Of a DNA stretch of 64,000 nt, positions 61,057 to 64,000 are shown piece after piece (within the stretch, counting starts at the first letter, position 1; every line of letters begins with the position of its first letter). The stretch is from Pseudomonadota bacterium. Its GTDB lineage: Bacteria; Bdellovibrionota_C; UBA2361; OMII01. The position numbers and the translations under genes were made by a program. The notes below the pieces were generated by a model that made no database searches, was not told the origin of the DNA, and saw only the letters and a program-made list of their open reading frames with translations. The stretch covers positions 32,001 through 96,000 of the forward strand of contig JAYPVM010000001.1 of assembly GCA_038134595.1 (NCBI GenBank), in the 5' to 3' direction.

Positions 61057-61567
61057 GGTTCTTATATGCCTATGAAGCCTCAGAGGTCGCCAAATCTTTC
61101 TAGCTAGCCTTACGACACTATCTTGCGCAGACACAGAGTCCCCTCATATTTCGGGACATCTCTTTATATTCTTTTGGTGACGCAGATATCCAAACGACGC
61201 ACCACGCAGGGCGCCATGGTTTTAGGTTACACCGAAGACTCATAGAGGCAATGAACCTTAAAAATATGCTTAACAGGAAAAAGCTAGGGAAGCTCTACAT
61301 GCATTTGGTGACAACTCAGGGAGCAACCTGCCGCCAAAAAAACAGCCCAAAGTGAGTTAATCCTCATGCTGTCGCGGCACTAAGCTCTAATGAAGCGTAA
61401 AAAGCTCGATATGCATGTTCAAAGCAATCGTTGGCTGAATACTCAAACTAAGTCGAAATATCTCCGTCAATGAATTACCAATTTTTACTAAAGAAGACTA
61501 ACGTATCCGTGGGTAGTAGTGCATGATCCGAAGAGAAGGTCGGTGGGGCACAGCTCTACCAATCTAA

Positions 61568-62440
61568 TTAGTGGTCATTGCTGTTTTCTAGGTAAACCAT
61601 ATCCGCAGTAGGATAATCGGCTGAGTCTGAGATATGCGTATAACTTTCATTGAAAAAACGACTTACCTTCATCAATTCTTCATGTCGTCCACTCTTCCTA
61701 GCAAAGTAATCCAAAAAAACAAATGCCAGTGAAGTTACCATCGTGCCATTAGGCTTAATCGAGAATTTCAATCCTCTGTTGAGAGAATATTCCTTAATCT
61801 GTTCAATCCTCGGAAGAGAGCATTCTAGATGCTCCTTTGCCCATTCGGCACCGGTGATTTCAATTACTAATCTCAACCGTTCATCTACCTTGGTCCCCTC
61901 CACTTGACAAGGATTTTAGTGAATTAGCCCTCGTTTGGCTTTGGAAATTAATTGATCTAGAAAAACATCTCTTACCTCCACGGGAACATGCTCTAATACA
62001 TGGCAAGAAACTACAAAATCAAAGGAATGATCCGGAAATGGGAGAGAAGTACCCGAGATACCATTACGGGTCGGCTCAGCTAAACAATATGAATAATCAG
62101 GAATAAATGAAGCCAGCTCACCACTTCCACCGCCGACATCGAGAACAGATATGGGCACACCAGCCGCTCGATATCGGATCTCAGCGGCCAATGATGCGAA
62201 TCGAAAATATTGATTATGATTGATCGTTGTAGCATCTGGCAGCAGCGCATTGATCTCCGACAGATTTGACTCGACAATAGAATGAGGGATCCCCAGTGAC
62301 TCTGCCGTTTTCAATTCGGCATAAGCCAAATAACGATTCCCAACTCGTAACGCATATTCGGCCAGCTTAAGGTGAAGCTCCGGATTAAGCGGGTTTCGAG
62401 TCAAGTCGTTTATCAGCGCCTCATAAATATTCACTATCAT
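61568..62440 (-). pseudogene. class I SAM-dependent methyltransferase with TPR-like N-terminus, interrupted by one in-frame TAA (61916-61918)
   Basis: VLDVGGGSG, LPFPDHSFDFVVSCHVLEHV; reading continues in frame ..RGLIH*NPCQVEGT.. into the 61568-61903 ORF. Confidence 0.7.
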
Positions 62441-62678
62441 TCCCCCTACATGACCTTCAATTTGCCCGAGTCATTCACTTTGTGAATGATTAGCTAATGG
62501 GCAGGGGTCCAACAAGTTAAAATAAATTGTTCATCCGATGGACAGCAAAATCATGCATAGCCCTGTCTTCTTAGGCCTCTTACTCGCGATAGCCGAATCC
62601 TCGGTTAAACACCTGATTTAGTTTAGCAGCCATAAAAACTCATGATACTCAGCTGAATCATGACTCCGATGGGTCAAA

Positions 62679-63878
62679 ATGAGCATCAAAAGATTCATGA
62701 GACAAGCTCCTTTGCCACAAGCCGCTCCAAACTGGAAAGCTTTCGAGAAGTCGCCAACAAGGCTTGTTGTCGATGGCGTATTTTTTCAACTCAACACAAC
62801 TGGGATTGCAAGGCTGTGGAAGGCCATCCTACAGGAGTGGGACAAACAACCGTTTGCATCCGAGATTCTCTTCCTCGACAGAGAAAGCTCTGGTCCCGTC
62901 TTTTCTAACATTCGGGTAAGAGAAATCCCACAATATGAAATTGGTCAAAGCGACGAAGATAGAACAATGCTTCAAAACATCGTAGACGATACAGACGCTC
63001 AGCTATTTGCATCAACCTATTACACCTCGACTCATAGCTCAGCAACCATGCAACTGGTCTACGATATGATTCCTGAAGTCCTGGGTTTTGACATTATAAG
63101 CGAACCTGCTTGGCAGGAAAAAACAGCAGCGTTTAAAAAAGCATGCTACTTTCCGTGCATATCAGAAAGCACTCGTCGCGATCTTCATAAGATATTCCCT
63201 CACATCAGTCCCACTCAAAGCAAAGTAATATACCCAGGAATTGACAGAACCTTTTTTAAACCCCGTAGTGCTGACGAGATTCTCAAGCTACGAGCAAAAC
63301 ATAACATAACCAAACCTTATTTTTTAATGGTCGGATCTGGAGGAGGATACAAGAATGCGCTCATGCTCATCGAAGCCTTCATACAACTTCCATCATACTC
63401 TGCCTTTGACATAGTGATGGTGTCGGGAGGTGCCATTCCTGGCGAATTAGTAGAGGTCTGTAATGCAGGAATCATAAAAAAATTGTCACTATCAGATAGT
63501 GAACTCCAAGCAGCCTACTCAGGGGCATTAGCACTAGTTTATCCGTCGCTGTATGAAGGGTTTGGATTACCTATCCTAGAGGCGATGGCTTGCAACTGCC
63601 CGGTTATCACAAACAACAAAGCTTCATTGCCTGAAGTGGGGGGAGATGCCGTTCTATACGCAACCACTCCTTCAGAACTAGCCACTGCACTTTGCGTCGC
63701 GCAGGATCCTCAAGTGCGAAACACTCTCATTCACAAGGGTAGCGCGAGAGCAACTCAATTTAGTTGGAGCACCACAGCACAGTCCCTTTGGAACACTGTT
63801 ATTTCTCTTGGAAGTCCGTTGAAAATCCCCCCGAAACACTACCTTCTGCCGGAGGGAATTATAGATGCCATTTTATAG
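62679..63878 (+). CDS. glycosyltransferase family 4 (GT-B)
   Basis: [52 protein letters not shown]. Confidence 0.92.
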   Translation: MSIKRFMRQAPLPQAAPNWKAFEKSPTRLVVDGVFFQLNTTGIARLWKAILQEWDKQPFASEILFLDRESSGPVFSNIRVREIPQYEIGQSDEDRTMLQNIVDDTDAQLFASTYYTSTHSSATMQLVYDMIPEVLGFDIISEPAWQEKTAAFKKACYFPCISESTRRDLHKIFPHISPTQSKVIYPGIDRTFFKPRSADEILKLRAKHNITKPYFLMVGSGGGYKNALMLIEAFIQLPSYSAFDIVMVSGGAIPGELVEVCNAGIIKKLSLSDSELQAAYSGALALVYPSLYEGFGLPILEAMACNCPVITNNKASLPEVGGDAVLYATTPSELATALCVAQDPQVRNTLIHKGSARATQFSWSTTAQSLWNTVISLGSPLKIPPKHYLLPEGIIDAIL

Positions 63879-64000
63879 CGTTACCTCAGAACTAGAATTC
63901 ATACAATTCTGATACAAGGAATCGCAAAATTAATGCTTTGTTATCATTACTAGCGAGGCCTCACTGATAGGGCATGGCTCTTTTAATCAACACCTTAGAG

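Noticed and set aside
1..64000. CRISPR array, tRNA/rRNA, IS/prophage, and the many short antisense ORFs in the track
   Set aside because: No spaced direct repeats, cloverleaf/T-loop signatures, transposase, integrase or phage genes seen; the short overlapping ORFs are shadows of well-supported genes

Overview
A 64-kb stretch of a Gram-negative (diderm) bacterial chromosome. It is densely coding and mostly housekeeping or metabolic; I see no rRNA, tRNA, CRISPR array, phage or IS element. Recognisable loci include ilvA, mnmG, a short MutY, cysK-tauE, a biotin carboxylase, trxB, a MoxR/RavA-type AAA+ with a VWA partner, and speB-speA-deoxyhypusine-synthase-like (homospermidine-type polyamine pathway). 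Further along are an mmsA-URC1-URC4-upp operon, rlmE-mlaEFDC-rnhA, feoAB, nadE-nadD-pntAA/AB/B, an RND efflux operon and the start of a surface-glycan region. The most interesting signals are not in the ORF track. (1) A sigma70 promoter is placed so that transcription should start on the ATG of a 27-aa uORF ending Ile-Ile-Ile-Ala-Ile directly upstream of ilvA; this is a candidate leaderless isoleucine-sensing attenuator with no classical terminator. (2) A URC-type uracil catabolism operon carries a CoA-acylating malonate-semialdehyde dehydrogenase, suggesting uracil carbon is routed to acetyl-CoA. (3) There is a bacterial helical-repeat + RAP-domain protein. (4) A cluster of DnaA boxes, an IHF-like site and an AT-rich tract lies between rlmE and feoA. 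(5) The MutY lacks the Fe-S cysteines and has Glu at the catalytic Asp position. (6) A methyltransferase is split by a single in-frame TAA. All calls come from reading motifs by eye; no database searches were run.
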